From the NCBI GenBank assembly GCA_021740845.1, contig JAIOYZ010000022.1:3402-67401 (forward strand): a DNA stretch of 64,000 nt, in the 5' to 3' direction. Shown here piece by piece: positions 1 through 10,524 of this stretch. Under the pieces are notes generated by a model. The model made no database searches, was not told the DNA's origin, and saw only the letters and a list, made by a program, of their open reading frames with translations. Position numbers and translations under genes: made by a program. Numbering within the stretch: position 1 is the stretch's first letter; every line of letters begins with the position of its first letter. This DNA comes from Bacteroidia bacterium. GTDB lineage: Bacteria > Bacteroidota > Bacteroidia > UKL13-3.

Positions 1-765
1 GGTAGTGGTCGTGACCAAATGCTTAAATCTTCCATTGGTTTGAAATATTCTTTTGGCAAAAATAAACATGTAGATCGCTCCTTGGCATGGCAAGATAACC
101 GAGTGGATAGGTTACAAGCTAGAATGGACAAGCAAATTAATCAAGCTATTGTTGGAATGAAAGATACTTTGAATAAAGCCCTAACAGATTATATGAATCA
201 ACCAGGTCTTAAAGATTCTGATGATGATGGAATTATTGATAAGTTTGATAGATGCCCAGATATTGCAGGTTTGTTTTCAAATAATGGATGCCCTCCAGTT
301 GATGAATTAGCTAAAATTGCTAAAATAGATTCCTCTGCAACAAAAAGTGTTGAGTCTGCCGCCCAAATATTAGAAACAAAGGGCGGAGGTCCTATGTCAG
401 CTGAGGAAAAATATCGATTGAAAAATGAAATTCTAGTCGAAATGTATCCAATCCTTTTTGGTTATAATTCTTATCAATTAAATGAGGATGCTTATCGTCA
501 ACTTAATATTACAGCGGTTATTTTAAGGAATAACCCATCCTATAATTTGGCCTTAACTGGGTTTACTGATAATGTTGGTAGTGCTGATTATAACAAGAAA
601 TTAGCTAATCAACGTGCCAATGCGGTTTCTTTATATCTTCAAAGTAGAGGTATTGATAAATCGAGAATAAGAGTTACTGCAATTGGAAAAGATGGGGCTA
701 GAGATGATAATGGTTCAAAAGTTGGTAAAGCCAATAATCGAAGGGTGGAATGTAAATTAGATTAA
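1..765 (+). CDS. OmpA-family outer membrane protein (TSP3-like Ca-binding repeat plus OmpA C-terminal domain), 5'-truncated
   Basis: Frame is open from base 1; DSDDDGIIDKFDRCP repeat; GFTDNVGSADYNKKLANQRA and NRRVE peptidoglycan-binding motifs. Confidence 0.85.
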   Translation, partial: GSGRDQMLKSSIGLKYSFGKNKHVDRSLAWQDNRVDRLQARMDKQINQAIVGMKDTLNKALTDYMNQPGLKDSDDDGIIDKFDRCPDIAGLFSNNGCPPVDELAKIAKIDSSATKSVESAAQILETKGGGPMSAEEKYRLKNEILVEMYPILFGYNSYQLNEDAYRQLNITAVILRNNPSYNLALTGFTDNVGSADYNKKLANQRANAVSLYLQSRGIDKSRIRVTAIGKDGARDDNGSKVGKANNRRVECKLD

Positions 766-769
766 AAAT

Positions 770-800
770 AAAAAAAGGTGGTTATTCCACCTTTTTTTTT
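770..800. terminator. Intrinsic terminator, probably bidirectional
   Basis: A-run GGTGG-ttatt-CCACC T-run directly after the OmpA stop, between convergent genes. Confidence 0.8.
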
Positions 801-939
801 GGATGCTGAATTAAAAGTATAATTCTTATCAGTGTGGTTTTTATGCTTTATTCCTTAGCTTTTACTTCATTAACTTAGAAAGAGAGAATAAACTTGAATC
901 TATTTTTTTTATTTTTAATCAATCATTTTTTTTACCTCC

Positions 940-1869
940 CTATTTCACCAAATAAAACCGATAAATCAAATCTATTCTAAAGAGCAAGCCGTCTGCGAAA
1001 TCTGAATTGAGTTGCTTTCTTTTGTCGCCAAAACGGAAAGCGCTTAAGCCAAATGCAACCTTGTCTTGAATATCATATAGCCTATAATTTCTGCCTACAC
1101 TATAACCCAAATTAGCTTTTAAAATAATTCCCTTTTTAGGTTCAAACCCCAAGTAAGTATACAATTCATTGCTGGTCTTAGCTAAATATTCACCTTTGTC
1201 TTGGTAGTAAGTTTGGTGCAAATTATATGTTCTCACAAACGCATTAAAGCGCACGCCTGCATATACTTTTGGGTCGAAATGGTAATTGATATCTGCCATA
1301 AAAGGCAAGGTTAAATCTGCTTCAAATTTTTGGTTCAAACTTTTATAGTACAATCCCAACAAGGGTGAAATAAATGGTCCAAACAATTCTCCATTATAAT
1401 ACAAAGCCATCTTGTATTTGAGTTGTGGACTTTTGGCATATTTAAACAATAGCAATCCACCCAATTGAAAGTCTTCTTTTACAATTTTATTTATAATATC
1501 CGTCTTCACTAAATCAGATGCCAAGCGCGGAATTACAACTGCCGTTCCCGACCAGCGTTCGCTTATTTGTCGGTTCAAACCGGCCTTAAATATTATGCCT
1601 GTAACACTGCCGCTTTGCCCTGTTGGCGTTAAATTGGCGTACATCCATTCTACATCTAAACCTGTTATGAAATTTGTTTTATCGTTTATTTTTATGGGTA
1701 GGGTAGAGGAAAAACTTAAGTCTTGAACCCTCGTTTTGCTTAAGGAACTATCAAATTGGTTTAGTGGTGTATTGGTATAAAAAACATTCACCAAATCGAG
1801 GTAATTTTGGGCTTGAACCGAACCAAAAAAGGAGCAGCATAAAATAAGAAAAAGTTGAATTTTTTTCAT
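940..1869 (-). CDS. Outer membrane beta-barrel protein (DUF6268-like)
   Basis: Signal peptide, amphipathic beta strands, C-terminal YRF-type strand. Confidence 0.6.
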   Translation of the reverse strand: MKKIQLFLILCCSFFGSVQAQNYLDLVNVFYTNTPLNQFDSSLSKTRVQDLSFSSTLPIKINDKTNFITGLDVEWMYANLTPTGQSGSVTGIIFKAGLNRQISERWSGTAVVIPRLASDLVKTDIINKIVKEDFQLGGLLLFKYAKSPQLKYKMALYYNGELFGPFISPLLGLYYKSLNQKFEADLTLPFMADINYHFDPKVYAGVRFNAFVRTYNLHQTYYQDKGEYLAKTSNELYTYLGFEPKKGIILKANLGYSVGRNYRLYDIQDKVAFGLSAFRFGDKRKQLNSDFADGLLFRIDLIYRFYLVK

Positions 1870-1977
1870 AGGCGTAATGACTGTTGGAACTAACCTTTAA
1901 TCGAATATAATTTTTTTCAAGCTATTCCCTTAAAATTTGAATCAATCCTAGTATAATTTAGTAATTTCGGTTCAAAT

Positions 1978-3489
1978 ATGAAAATCTTAACAACCCTGCA
2001 AATTAAGGCTTGGGACAAATTTACAATACAAACAGAACCTGTTAGCAGTCTTGGTTTAATGGAGCGTGCAGCTGCAAGATGTTTTCAAGAAATGAAGGTG
2101 CATTTAATGGAAGAATTTTCATCACTTTCTAAATTGAATTTTCAAGTGTTTTGCGGACAAGGAAACAATGGTGGCGATGGTTTGGTAATTGCTCGTTTCT
2201 TAAAAATGGAAGGACTTTCAGTTGAAGTATTTATAGTAAATGAAAGGGAAAAAGGAAGTGAAGATTTTGAATTGAACCTAGCTCGTGCCAGCGCCATTGG
2301 TATAGTTCCGCAATTTATAGATTCAAATTTTGGTTTGAACCAAATCAAAAATGCCGATGTTTTAATTGATGCTTTATTGGGTTCTGGATTGAACAACCCA
2401 TTAACGGGTTTATACAAAGAATTAGTAAATATGCTCAATGAAAAACCAGGAATCAAACTCTCGGTTGATATACCTAGTGGCTTGTTTGGTGATATAGAAA
2501 CTGCCATTCAAAATATAGATTCAGCTTCCTTTAAAGCAGATAGGACCTATACCTTTCAAGTTCCAAAATCGAGTTTCCTCTTTGCAGAAACTGCCCAAAA
2601 TGTAGGTGAGTTTTCTACTATCAATATAGATTTGCATCCCGATTTTTTGGTTCAAACCGAAACCTCTTGGAACTATTTGCAACAGGAAGAATTAGAAAAC
2701 AGAAAGCATAGTAAGTTTGATTTTAAATGGCAAAAAGGTCATGCCTTAATAGTTGCCGGAAGTTATGGAAAAATAGGAGCAGCACTCTTGGCAGGCAAAG
2801 CATGTTTGAGCACGGGATGCGGCTTGCTAACAGCATTTACGCCCAAAGTAGGCTATATTCCTTTTCAATCTTCCTTTCCAGAATGCATGGTATTAACAGA
2901 TGAAGAAGAGTTGGAAATTAGAAACTTTCCAGCAATTACAAACTATAATGCAATAGGAGTTGGTCCTGGTTTGGGCACACATTTAGGCACCCAAAAAGCT
3001 TTAGAAAAATGGCTTTCCACTATTAATAAACCAATTGTAATAGATGCAGATGCACTTAATTGTTGTGCTGCTATTATTAACGCAAATCCAGATTTTAACT
3101 TTCCTGTAAACTGTATTTTAACACCACATGCCAAAGAGTTTGATAGATTATTTGGAGCTAGCAATAATGCATATGAGCGTTTGTTAAAGGCTGTTGAAAT
3201 GGCTAAGAAATACAATATAACTTTCGTTTTAAAAGGGGCACATACACAAATTGTTTCACCTTCTGGCCAAGTGTTTTTTAATTCAACAGGGAATAATTTA
3301 TTAGCAACTGCTGGAAGTGGAGATGTGCTTACTGGAATCATAACTTCCTTATTAGCTCAAGGTTATTCAACACTTTCGGCAGCTAAAAAAGGAGCGTTTT
3401 TGCATGGATTGCTTGCTGATAAACTTCAACAAAAAGGATTTAAGAATATTCTCGCAAGTGATATTATTAAAGAATTGAAGTTTTTATAA
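1978..3489 (+). CDS. nnr: Bifunctional NAD(P)H-hydrate epimerase/dehydratase
   Basis: LMERAA, CGQGNNGGDG, DALLGSG, DIPSG (YjeF-N); GPGLG, IDADAL, TPHAKEF, TAGSGDVLTG (YjeF-C). Confidence 0.95.
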   Translation: MKILTTLQIKAWDKFTIQTEPVSSLGLMERAAARCFQEMKVHLMEEFSSLSKLNFQVFCGQGNNGGDGLVIARFLKMEGLSVEVFIVNEREKGSEDFELNLARASAIGIVPQFIDSNFGLNQIKNADVLIDALLGSGLNNPLTGLYKELVNMLNEKPGIKLSVDIPSGLFGDIETAIQNIDSASFKADRTYTFQVPKSSFLFAETAQNVGEFSTINIDLHPDFLVQTETSWNYLQQEELENRKHSKFDFKWQKGHALIVAGSYGKIGAALLAGKACLSTGCGLLTAFTPKVGYIPFQSSFPECMVLTDEEELEIRNFPAITNYNAIGVGPGLGTHLGTQKALEKWLSTINKPIVIDADALNCCAAIINANPDFNFPVNCILTPHAKEFDRLFGASNNAYERLLKAVEMAKKYNITFVLKGAHTQIVSPSGQVFFNSTGNNLLATAGSGDVLTGIITSLLAQGYSTLSAAKKGAFLHGLLADKLQQKGFKNILASDIIKELKFL

Positions 3490-3954
3490 CTTAGCTAAAA
3501 TTTGTTCGTAATCGTATCTTAAATCTTCGTGTAATTTTCCCAATAATTTGGCAATTTTTTCTATTTGCCTTTGGTATATAGATTCAATGGCTTGGTATTT
3601 TCTCCAATAAGATTTGCAGTTTTTTAATTCCTCGCAAAAGTGCAATAACAATTCAATTTCTGTTTGAACCAATTTGCTGTACTGTGCGTATTGATTGACA
3701 ATGCGAAGGGTTTTACGAATATACTTAGTGCTAAAGAAAAGACTATTAGTAGGCATATTTACAAAGCGTTCGCTAATATCTTGCTTTGCTTGTTCAATAT
3801 ATTTGTCTTCATTTTGTGCTTCAAACAAAAGGTAATGTGCTAACTCTTTATTGGCTTTTTTAAACTTAGCCAATCGCAAACAAAGTTCAATCAATTCTGC
3901 TTGTGGCAAATGCTGAAGTTCTTTTTTTATATGTGCAATACTAGCAGCTTCCAT
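3484..3954 (-). CDS. Hypothetical helical protein
   Basis: 156-aa ORF 2 bp downstream of the epimerase; LRLAKFKKANKEL and KLHEDLRYDY resemble a Bacteroidota-conserved family. Confidence 0.75.
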   Translation of the reverse strand: MEAASIAHIKKELQHLPQAELIELCLRLAKFKKANKELAHYLLFEAQNEDKYIEQAKQDISERFVNMPTNSLFFSTKYIRKTLRIVNQYAQYSKLVQTEIELLLHFCEELKNCKSYWRKYQAIESIYQRQIEKIAKLLGKLHEDLRYDYEQILAKL

Positions 3955-3956
3955 GC

Positions 3957-4946
3957 TTAATAATTTTGATAAAAGATACCGTTTTCTTCTTTCAATAAAT
4001 GAAAGGGATCATTGCCAACTATTAAGCAACCATCCAAATCTGCGTATTGTACCAATGAACCTAAATTCCACGCACTGCTAATTCCCAAAGTAGTTTCAAC
4101 CATGCAGCCAATCATTGTTTTCAATCCTCTTGCCTTGGCCTCTTTTAAAATTCTAATTCCATTTAAATATCCTCCGGCTTTCATCAACTTCATGTTTATG
4201 CCATGAAATTGTTTTTCTAATTCATCAAAATTAGGTTGATCCAAAACGCTTTCATCTCCCATAATTGGCAAATAGCTTTTTGCTTTTAAATATTCGTAAG
4301 CAGCCTTTTCTGCAGCTGGCAAAGGTTGTTCTATAAATTCAATAGGATAGGCTTGCAACTTGGGTAAAAATCGAATCAATTCATCCACATCTTTCCATGC
4401 TTCATTGGCATCAATCATAATGGGGTGATTGCCCAATTTGCACAAGGCATTCACCATATCAATCGCAGCTGCATCGTTTATTTTTACTTTCAAAAAATGA
4501 AATCGGTTCAAGCCATACTGCTTATAAAAGCCAGCAATAGCGCTAGGTTCCATAATGGGTAGGGTATAGCAAGAGGCAACTTGTTTTGGTTTTTCTAATT
4601 CTAGAAATTCAAATAAATCTATTCCTGCTTGCAAGCAATGCGCATGCACAAATGCAGATTCTATTCCAAATCTCAAAGCATTGGGTAGCTTCAAATCAAG
4701 CAAGTATTTTTCAAATGCTGCGGGTTCGGTAGGACAATCCTTTAAGCCTTGTTCTGCTTTTGTAAAGGCCTCGGCAATGTTTTCTGGTGTTTCGTTATAA
4801 CGGATATTAGGTGCTACTTCTCCTTTTCCTATTGCTCCATTTAATTGACAACTTACTATAAAATTTTCTTTGTATTCACTGGTGTTTCGCGAAATTTTCC
4901 AGACATATTTCAACTCCAATTTTATCTTTTCTAGCTTCCATTCCAT
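3957..4946 (-). CDS. Dipeptide (L-Ala-D/L-Glu) epimerase, enolase superfamily
   Basis: KVK, DANEAW, EQP, GDES, KLMKAGG, GCMVET, DLDG motifs. Confidence 0.88.
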   Translation of the reverse strand: MEWKLEKIKLELKYVWKISRNTSEYKENFIVSCQLNGAIGKGEVAPNIRYNETPENIAEAFTKAEQGLKDCPTEPAAFEKYLLDLKLPNALRFGIESAFVHAHCLQAGIDLFEFLELEKPKQVASCYTLPIMEPSAIAGFYKQYGLNRFHFLKVKINDAAAIDMVNALCKLGNHPIMIDANEAWKDVDELIRFLPKLQAYPIEFIEQPLPAAEKAAYEYLKAKSYLPIMGDESVLDQPNFDELEKQFHGINMKLMKAGGYLNGIRILKEAKARGLKTMIGCMVETTLGISSAWNLGSLVQYADLDGCLIVGNDPFHLLKEENGIFYQNY

Positions 4947-5025
4947 CCTGCAAATTAAACCATTTGTATTTATAATTTAGGCCAAGCTAGAATTAGGTGT
5001 TTTAATTTCTTTACACGTTTTTATC

Positions 5026-6093
5026 CTATTGACTATTTGTTAAGAATGAGTTGAATCGATCAATGTCAATTTCATTAAACAAGGGCGTTCCTTCCTCTAA
5101 ATGCTGTAAATAATGCTCCGATAAAAAGGGCGCTTGCAACATTCCTTTTGTTCCCAATCCATTGAAAATATACAATTGATTTTTACTTGGATGTTCTCCC
5201 AAAATTGCTGCTCTATCTCTTGTAGTGGGCCTTATTCCAGCAAAATGATTGTCGATTTCAAAGGGTAATTCTATAATTTGTTTTACTTTCTCAATCAAAC
5301 TTTCCTTGCCTTTTTCGTTTATTGTTTCATCCTCAAAATCCCATTCGTAAGTGGCGCCCACTTTGTAAACATCTTCATATTGATGCACTAAGTAAACTCC
5401 TTTTTTCAATATATATCCAGGGTTTAAACCCTTGCATTTTATTTGCAATACTTGTCCTTTACAAAGTTTAAAAGGCAAGTAATTAAAGTATGGATTGTCT
5501 TGATTTTTATAGCCTTCACAAAATATCACTTTGTCGTAAATCTTGTTTTCGTATTCCCATTTTCCTTCTACTTGTTTTAAGTTTTCATAAGAAAATTCGG
5601 TTTGAACCAAATGCCCATTTTCTGATAAATAGTTTTGAAAATCACTTATCCATTCTGCCGTTTTTACCCAGCCTGTTTGGTTCACTTGAAAATAACCAAA
5701 TTCTTTTAACAATGGAGTTTCAACTTGAGGGTCGGCCTCTACGTATTGTTTGAAGTTCTCCTGATCTAATCGTGTACTAAAATCGTTGGATTCTTTTACG
5801 TTTCCAAAGCCTTGAAGTATGGGAGCTTTTACTAAATATTGTCTACCTAGCCAAGTTTCCATTTCATTAAAGGAAGCATGCAAACTGCTCAATAATTCAT
5901 TGGCTTTCCAATTAACGGTCATGCGTTTTCCACTGATTGGATTAAACATTCCAGCTGCCACTTTACTAGATGTAAACTCACTCTTTTTATCAACTAATAA
6001 GAATTGAATTTGGCGTTTTTTTAATTGGTAGGCAAGCATCAATCCTGCAATTCCTCCACCCACAATTAGGTATTTCTTTTCTGAATTATTCAT
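5026..6093 (-). CDS. FAD-dependent oxidoreductase (DAO family, MnmC C-terminal-like)
   Basis: GGGIAG FAD motif, SSKVAAGM, KGQ, GATY, AGIRPTT, GLGTKG; overlaps the mnmD stop by 8 bp. Confidence 0.85.
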   Translation of the reverse strand: MNNSEKKYLIVGGGIAGLMLAYQLKKRQIQFLLVDKKSEFTSSKVAAGMFNPISGKRMTVNWKANELLSSLHASFNEMETWLGRQYLVKAPILQGFGNVKESNDFSTRLDQENFKQYVEADPQVETPLLKEFGYFQVNQTGWVKTAEWISDFQNYLSENGHLVQTEFSYENLKQVEGKWEYENKIYDKVIFCEGYKNQDNPYFNYLPFKLCKGQVLQIKCKGLNPGYILKKGVYLVHQYEDVYKVGATYEWDFEDETINEKGKESLIEKVKQIIELPFEIDNHFAGIRPTTRDRAAILGEHPSKNQLYIFNGLGTKGMLQAPFLSEHYLQHLEEGTPLFNEIDIDRFNSFLTNSQ

Positions 6094-6778
6094 TTGGTAT
6101 TTGCAGTTTTATGGCGCGTAACATATGGCGTTTGTGTGGTGGACCTGCAATTTTCTCCACTTTAAAACCAACGGCTTGCAAATTCCTTCTTACATCTCCT
6201 TTGGCAGAATAGGTTACTAAAATTCCATTTTCTTGCAAGCAATTAAATAGCTTTTGAAACAATTCTATAGTCCAAAGTTCCGCTTGTTTTTCAGGACCAA
6301 ATGCATCAAAATAAATTAAATTATAGGATTCTTTTGGTTCAAACAATTCTAAACCTTGCTGTATTTTTTTTAAGGTAAATCTAGGTGTAATTTCTTCTTC
6401 TTTATTCCAAAAACAAGTATGAAGTTTTATAAAATCAGAATTTTGTTCAATCGTCCAATTTGCATTGTAATCAAGCATCTTCACCAAATCATAGCTTAGA
6501 GGTATGGTTTCTAAACTGTGATAAGTACAATTGAAATTTTGCTTCTTACTTTCCAATAAAGTTAGCATTGCATTTAAGCCGGTACCAAAACCAATTTCAA
6601 GAATTTTTATTTCTGTCAACTGCGTTTGGTTCAAACCAAAATTTAACCCAGCCTCTATAAAAACATGCTTGCTTTCTATAACAGCGCCATGCACCGAATG
6701 ATAGGTTTCATCAATATCTTTTCGGTAAAGTGTTTTTAATCCTTCTGTATTGCTTACTATTTCTGGAACAGTTGGCAT
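6086..6778 (-). CDS. mnmD: tRNA (mnm5s2U34)-methyltransferase MnmD
   Basis: YHSVHGAVIESKHVFI, EIGFGTGLN, YFDAFGP, TYSAKG, GPPHKRHML. Confidence 0.9.
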   Translation of the reverse strand: MPTVPEIVSNTEGLKTLYRKDIDETYHSVHGAVIESKHVFIEAGLNFGLNQTQLTEIKILEIGFGTGLNAMLTLLESKKQNFNCTYHSLETIPLSYDLVKMLDYNANWTIEQNSDFIKLHTCFWNKEEEITPRFTLKKIQQGLELFEPKESYNLIYFDAFGPEKQAELWTIELFQKLFNCLQENGILVTYSAKGDVRRNLQAVGFKVEKIAGPPHKRHMLRAIKLQIPNE

Positions 6779-7797
6779 TAGTTCATTTTAAGATATAAAT
6801 ACACAGGAAAATGATCGCTATATCCATTTAAGTATTTGCTGCCGCCAAATGTTCTTTTTGGACTGCCCTTATATTTTTCTTCCGTTTCTAACATCCATTC
6901 TTCTTTAAAAGTATGAGTTGAATTGCTTTCATAAACCAATTTACTTTTGCTAGATAATAGGTTTTGGTTCAAGAAAAATTGGTCTAAGAAATTCCATTCG
7001 CCTTTGTATTTATAGGAGCCTTCGCCAGCTTCCATTAATGAAAACATAGGATTATAGTATTGTCCTGACTTTAAATTGCTGGCATCACCTTTGGCTTGCA
7101 TGGTCTCTAAAATGCTAGTGTTGTTTGGGTAATCGTTAAAATCTCCCATCACCAAAATGGCAGTATTTTTATCTGCTTTTTGGATGCTATCGCAAATGCC
7201 TCTTAAAGTTTTAGCAACAAAAAGTCTTTTAAACTCGCTTTCTTTTTCGCCTTCTCTTCTGCTTGGCCAGTGGTTTACCAAAATTACCAAACGCGAATTG
7301 TTCTTCAAAAGAAAATCAGCCATCACAATTCCGCGTGTATTATCGCCGCCAATTGCATTGGTATCAATTAAGAAAATATGTTTGTTTAAATTCTTAACCA
7401 GGGTTTTGTTGTATAATAATGCATTGTCAATTCCTCTTTCATCAGGACTATCAAACCAAATATAATCGTAGTTATGTTCCTGTTTTTTTAATTCTTGAAC
7501 CAAACCTTTTACTGCTATTTCACTTTCAATTTCGCACATTCCTAAAAAATCTGGACCCTTTGCTTGGTTCATAGCGCCAATAACTTTGGCCATATTGTGC
7601 AATTTATTTTGATAGCGTTCGGTATTCCAATGGTATTTTCCTTGTGGTGTAAATTCCTCATCAAACTTGTTGGGAGTATCTAGTGTATCAAATAAATTCT
7701 CCTGATTATAAAAGGCTACGCATATTCTTTTGGCATTTTGTGCATGCAATTCAAAACAAAATGCGCTCAATAGAAGTATTATTACTTTGTATTTCAT
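6778..7797 (-). CDS. Secreted endonuclease/exonuclease/phosphatase family protein
   Basis: Signal peptide; FYNQENLFD, DERGID, NHWPSR, MGDFND, GYSDHFPV. Confidence 0.9.
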   Translation of the reverse strand: MKYKVIILLLSAFCFELHAQNAKRICVAFYNQENLFDTLDTPNKFDEEFTPQGKYHWNTERYQNKLHNMAKVIGAMNQAKGPDFLGMCEIESEIAVKGLVQELKKQEHNYDYIWFDSPDERGIDNALLYNKTLVKNLNKHIFLIDTNAIGGDNTRGIVMADFLLKNNSRLVILVNHWPSRREGEKESEFKRLFVAKTLRGICDSIQKADKNTAILVMGDFNDYPNNTSILETMQAKGDASNLKSGQYYNPMFSLMEAGEGSYKYKGEWNFLDQFFLNQNLLSSKSKLVYESNSTHTFKEEWMLETEEKYKGSPKRTFGGSKYLNGYSDHFPVYLYLKMN

Positions 7798-7872
7798 TTT
7801 GCGAAAATAAGATAAAGCGGCATTGCCTAGATTATTTTTACATAAATATTCAAGATTTGTGCTTTTGATTTC

Positions 7873-7880
7873 TAAATTTG
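7873..7880 (+). promoter_or_regulatory. Bacteroidota sigma-A -7 element (TAAATTTG)
   Basis: Matches TAnnTTTG, 10 nt before the VWA gene ATG. Confidence 0.6.
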
Positions 7881-7890
7881 ATCACTTACC

Positions 7891-8988
7891 ATGAAAGGCT
7901 ATTTATTTACAAAATATATTCCGGGACCAGAAGAGGAAAAAGGATTTCAGGAATTGTTGAACCTATTTCTTCAACTTCTTCAATACACAAATGGTGATGT
8001 TGCTGAGGCATTAGATTGGTTGAACCAAATAGATCAGCAACACCATTTCACAAGTGAAAGTTATGGAATGGGAAATTTTATTCAGGATTTAAAAGACAAA
8101 GGTTATGTAAAAGAAAACCCTTTGGATGGAAATTTTGCTCCTACCTCTAAAACCAATCAAACCATTCGAAAAAACAGTTTGGATGAGATTTTTGGTAAAT
8201 TAAAAAAGGGCGGAAAAGGAAATCACAATACCACCAAAACAGGCCAAGGGGATGAAATGAACAGTGAAGTTCGTAAATTTTCTTTCGGCGATTCCTTGGA
8301 TCAAATAGACCTAACCGCCAGCATTCACAACGCACAGGTAAACCATGGAATAGATAGTTTTCACCTCACTGAAGACGATTTAGAAATAAAAGAAAAAGAT
8401 CAAAAAACACAAACCTCCACCGTGTTAATGATTGATATTTCTCATAGCATGATTTTATATGGAGAAGATAGAATAACTCCTGCTAAAAAAGTAGCCATGG
8501 CCTTAGCCGAATTAATAAAAACACGTTACCCAAAAGATACCTTGGATATTCTTGTTTTTGGCAATGATGCCTGGCCAATTGAAGTTAAAGATTTACCTTA
8601 TTTACAAGTTGGTCCTTACCATACCAATACTTATGCTGGATTAGAATTGGCTTTAGATATGTTGCGCAAACGCCGCAATACAAACAAGCAAATTTTTATG
8701 ATTACCGATGGAAAACCAACCTGTTTAAAAGAGGGTGCTGGGTATTATCAGAACAGTTTTGGTTTAGATAGAAAAATAATAAATAAAACCCTTACCATGG
8801 CTGCACAGGCTAGGAGATTGGGCATTCCCATCACTACCTTTATGATTGCCACCGACCCGTATTTGCAAAAGTTTGTGCGTGAATTTACACAAACCAATAA
8901 CGGAAAAGCATATTACAGCGGATTAAATGGCTTGGGCGATTTTATCTTCGAAGATTTTGAAAAGAACAGAAAAAAGAACGTGAAATAG
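7891..8988 (+). CDS. VWA domain protein
   Basis: MIDAS DISHS, HTNT and ITDG motifs. Confidence 0.88.
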   Translation: MKGYLFTKYIPGPEEEKGFQELLNLFLQLLQYTNGDVAEALDWLNQIDQQHHFTSESYGMGNFIQDLKDKGYVKENPLDGNFAPTSKTNQTIRKNSLDEIFGKLKKGGKGNHNTTKTGQGDEMNSEVRKFSFGDSLDQIDLTASIHNAQVNHGIDSFHLTEDDLEIKEKDQKTQTSTVLMIDISHSMILYGEDRITPAKKVAMALAELIKTRYPKDTLDILVFGNDAWPIEVKDLPYLQVGPYHTNTYAGLELALDMLRKRRNTNKQIFMITDGKPTCLKEGAGYYQNSFGLDRKIINKTLTMAAQARRLGIPITTFMIATDPYLQKFVREFTQTNNGKAYYSGLNGLGDFIFEDFEKNRKKNVK

Positions 8989-8998
8989 AAAATAGTAT

Positions 8999-10483
8999 AT
9001 GGCAAAAAAAACTAATGTTTTAGAAATAAAAACACTTAAAGCTCTCAAAGATTTCGGCTACCAATCTCGTTCGGTTAAAGAAGAGATGAGAGCCAATTTA
9101 ATAAATAGTTTAAAAGCGGGTACCAATCCGTTTCAAGGCATTCAAGGTTATGATGATACTGTAATTCCACAGTTGCAAACTGCTATTTTATCAAGGCATA
9201 ATATTATTTTATTAGGCTTAAGAGGTCAGGCAAAAACACGTATTGCACGCTTAATGGTTAACCTTTTAGATGAGTATATTCCCGTTGTAGAAGGCAGTGA
9301 AATTAACGATGATCCTCTTGAACCTTTAAGTAGGTTTGCCATTGATTTAATAAATGATTTGGGAGATAATACTCCAATATCCTGGCTGCACAGAGATGCT
9401 AGATATACAGAAAAACTGGCTACTCCCGATGTTTCGGTTGCCGATTTAATTGGTGATGTAGATCCAATTAAAGCAGCAACTCTTAAAATGCATTATAACG
9501 ATGAACGGGTGATTCATTTTGGTTTGATTCCAAGAAGTAATCGGTGTTTATTTGTGATTAATGAATTGCCAGATTTACAAGCTAGAATTCAAGTTTCATT
9601 GTTTAATATTTTGCAAGAAGGCGATTTGCAAATTCGTGGTTTTAAATTGCGTTTGCCTTTGGATGTTCAGTTTGTTTTTACTGCAAATCCTGAGGATTAT
9701 ACCAATAGAGGAAGTATTGTTACGCCTTTAAAAGATAGGATTGATAGCCAAATTTTAACGCACTATCCAAAGACGCTTGAGTTGGCTAAAAAAGTAACAA
9801 CGCAAGAAGCTAAAATCACTCCAGAGCAAAGAAAAAATATTGTTGTAAGCGAATTGCTTTTAGATCTAATAGAACACATTGCTTTAGAAGCCAGATCGAG
9901 CGATTGGGTGGATCAAAAAAGTGGGGTTTCTGCTAGGTTAACAATTAGTGCATTAGAGAATTTATACAGTGCCGCAGAACGCAGAATGTTGTTAAGTGGC
10001 GATACCAAAACCCATGCACGGATAAGTGATGTATTTGGTGTTTTGCCAAGCATAACGGGTAAGGTTGAATTAGTTTATGAGGGTGAATTAGAAGGCTCAC
10101 AAAATGTGGCGCAAAGTCTTATCGGGAAAGCTATACGCACCTTGTTTACAGAGAAATTCCCTAACCCAGAAAAAGCAAAGAAATCGAAAAAAGAAAATCC
10201 ATATGCGCTAATTTTAAATTGGTTCAACGATGGATATTCTATTAGCACTTTAAACTTAAGCAATGAAGAAAATTACATCAATACTTTGCTTACTGTTGAG
10301 GGTTTGGGAGAGCTGGTAAAAGCTACTTACCCAAAATTACCTGAGTATGAAAAAGTGATTTTAATGGAATTGGTTTTACATGGTTTGGCAGAATATAGTC
10401 AGTTAAGCAAACATCCTTTGGTAAAAGGCTTTGAGTTTAAGGATTTAATGGCAGGCATGTTTAATATCGCAGAGGATAATTAG
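8999..10483 (+). CDS. Mg-chelatase/MoxR-like AAA+ ATPase, partner of the VWA protein
   Basis: Walker A GLRGQAKT, Walker B-like FVINELPDL, TANPEDY, PLKDR. Confidence 0.85.
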   Translation: MAKKTNVLEIKTLKALKDFGYQSRSVKEEMRANLINSLKAGTNPFQGIQGYDDTVIPQLQTAILSRHNIILLGLRGQAKTRIARLMVNLLDEYIPVVEGSEINDDPLEPLSRFAIDLINDLGDNTPISWLHRDARYTEKLATPDVSVADLIGDVDPIKAATLKMHYNDERVIHFGLIPRSNRCLFVINELPDLQARIQVSLFNILQEGDLQIRGFKLRLPLDVQFVFTANPEDYTNRGSIVTPLKDRIDSQILTHYPKTLELAKKVTTQEAKITPEQRKNIVVSELLLDLIEHIALEARSSDWVDQKSGVSARLTISALENLYSAAERRMLLSGDTKTHARISDVFGVLPSITGKVELVYEGELEGSQNVAQSLIGKAIRTLFTEKFPNPEKAKKSKKENPYALILNWFNDGYSISTLNLSNEENYINTLLTVEGLGELVKATYPKLPEYEKVILMELVLHGLAEYSQLSKHPLVKGFEFKDLMAGMFNIAEDN

Positions 10484-10524
10484 CCTTAACTAGGCACGTT
10501 TATCTTAAGTGTTTTGTATTTTAT

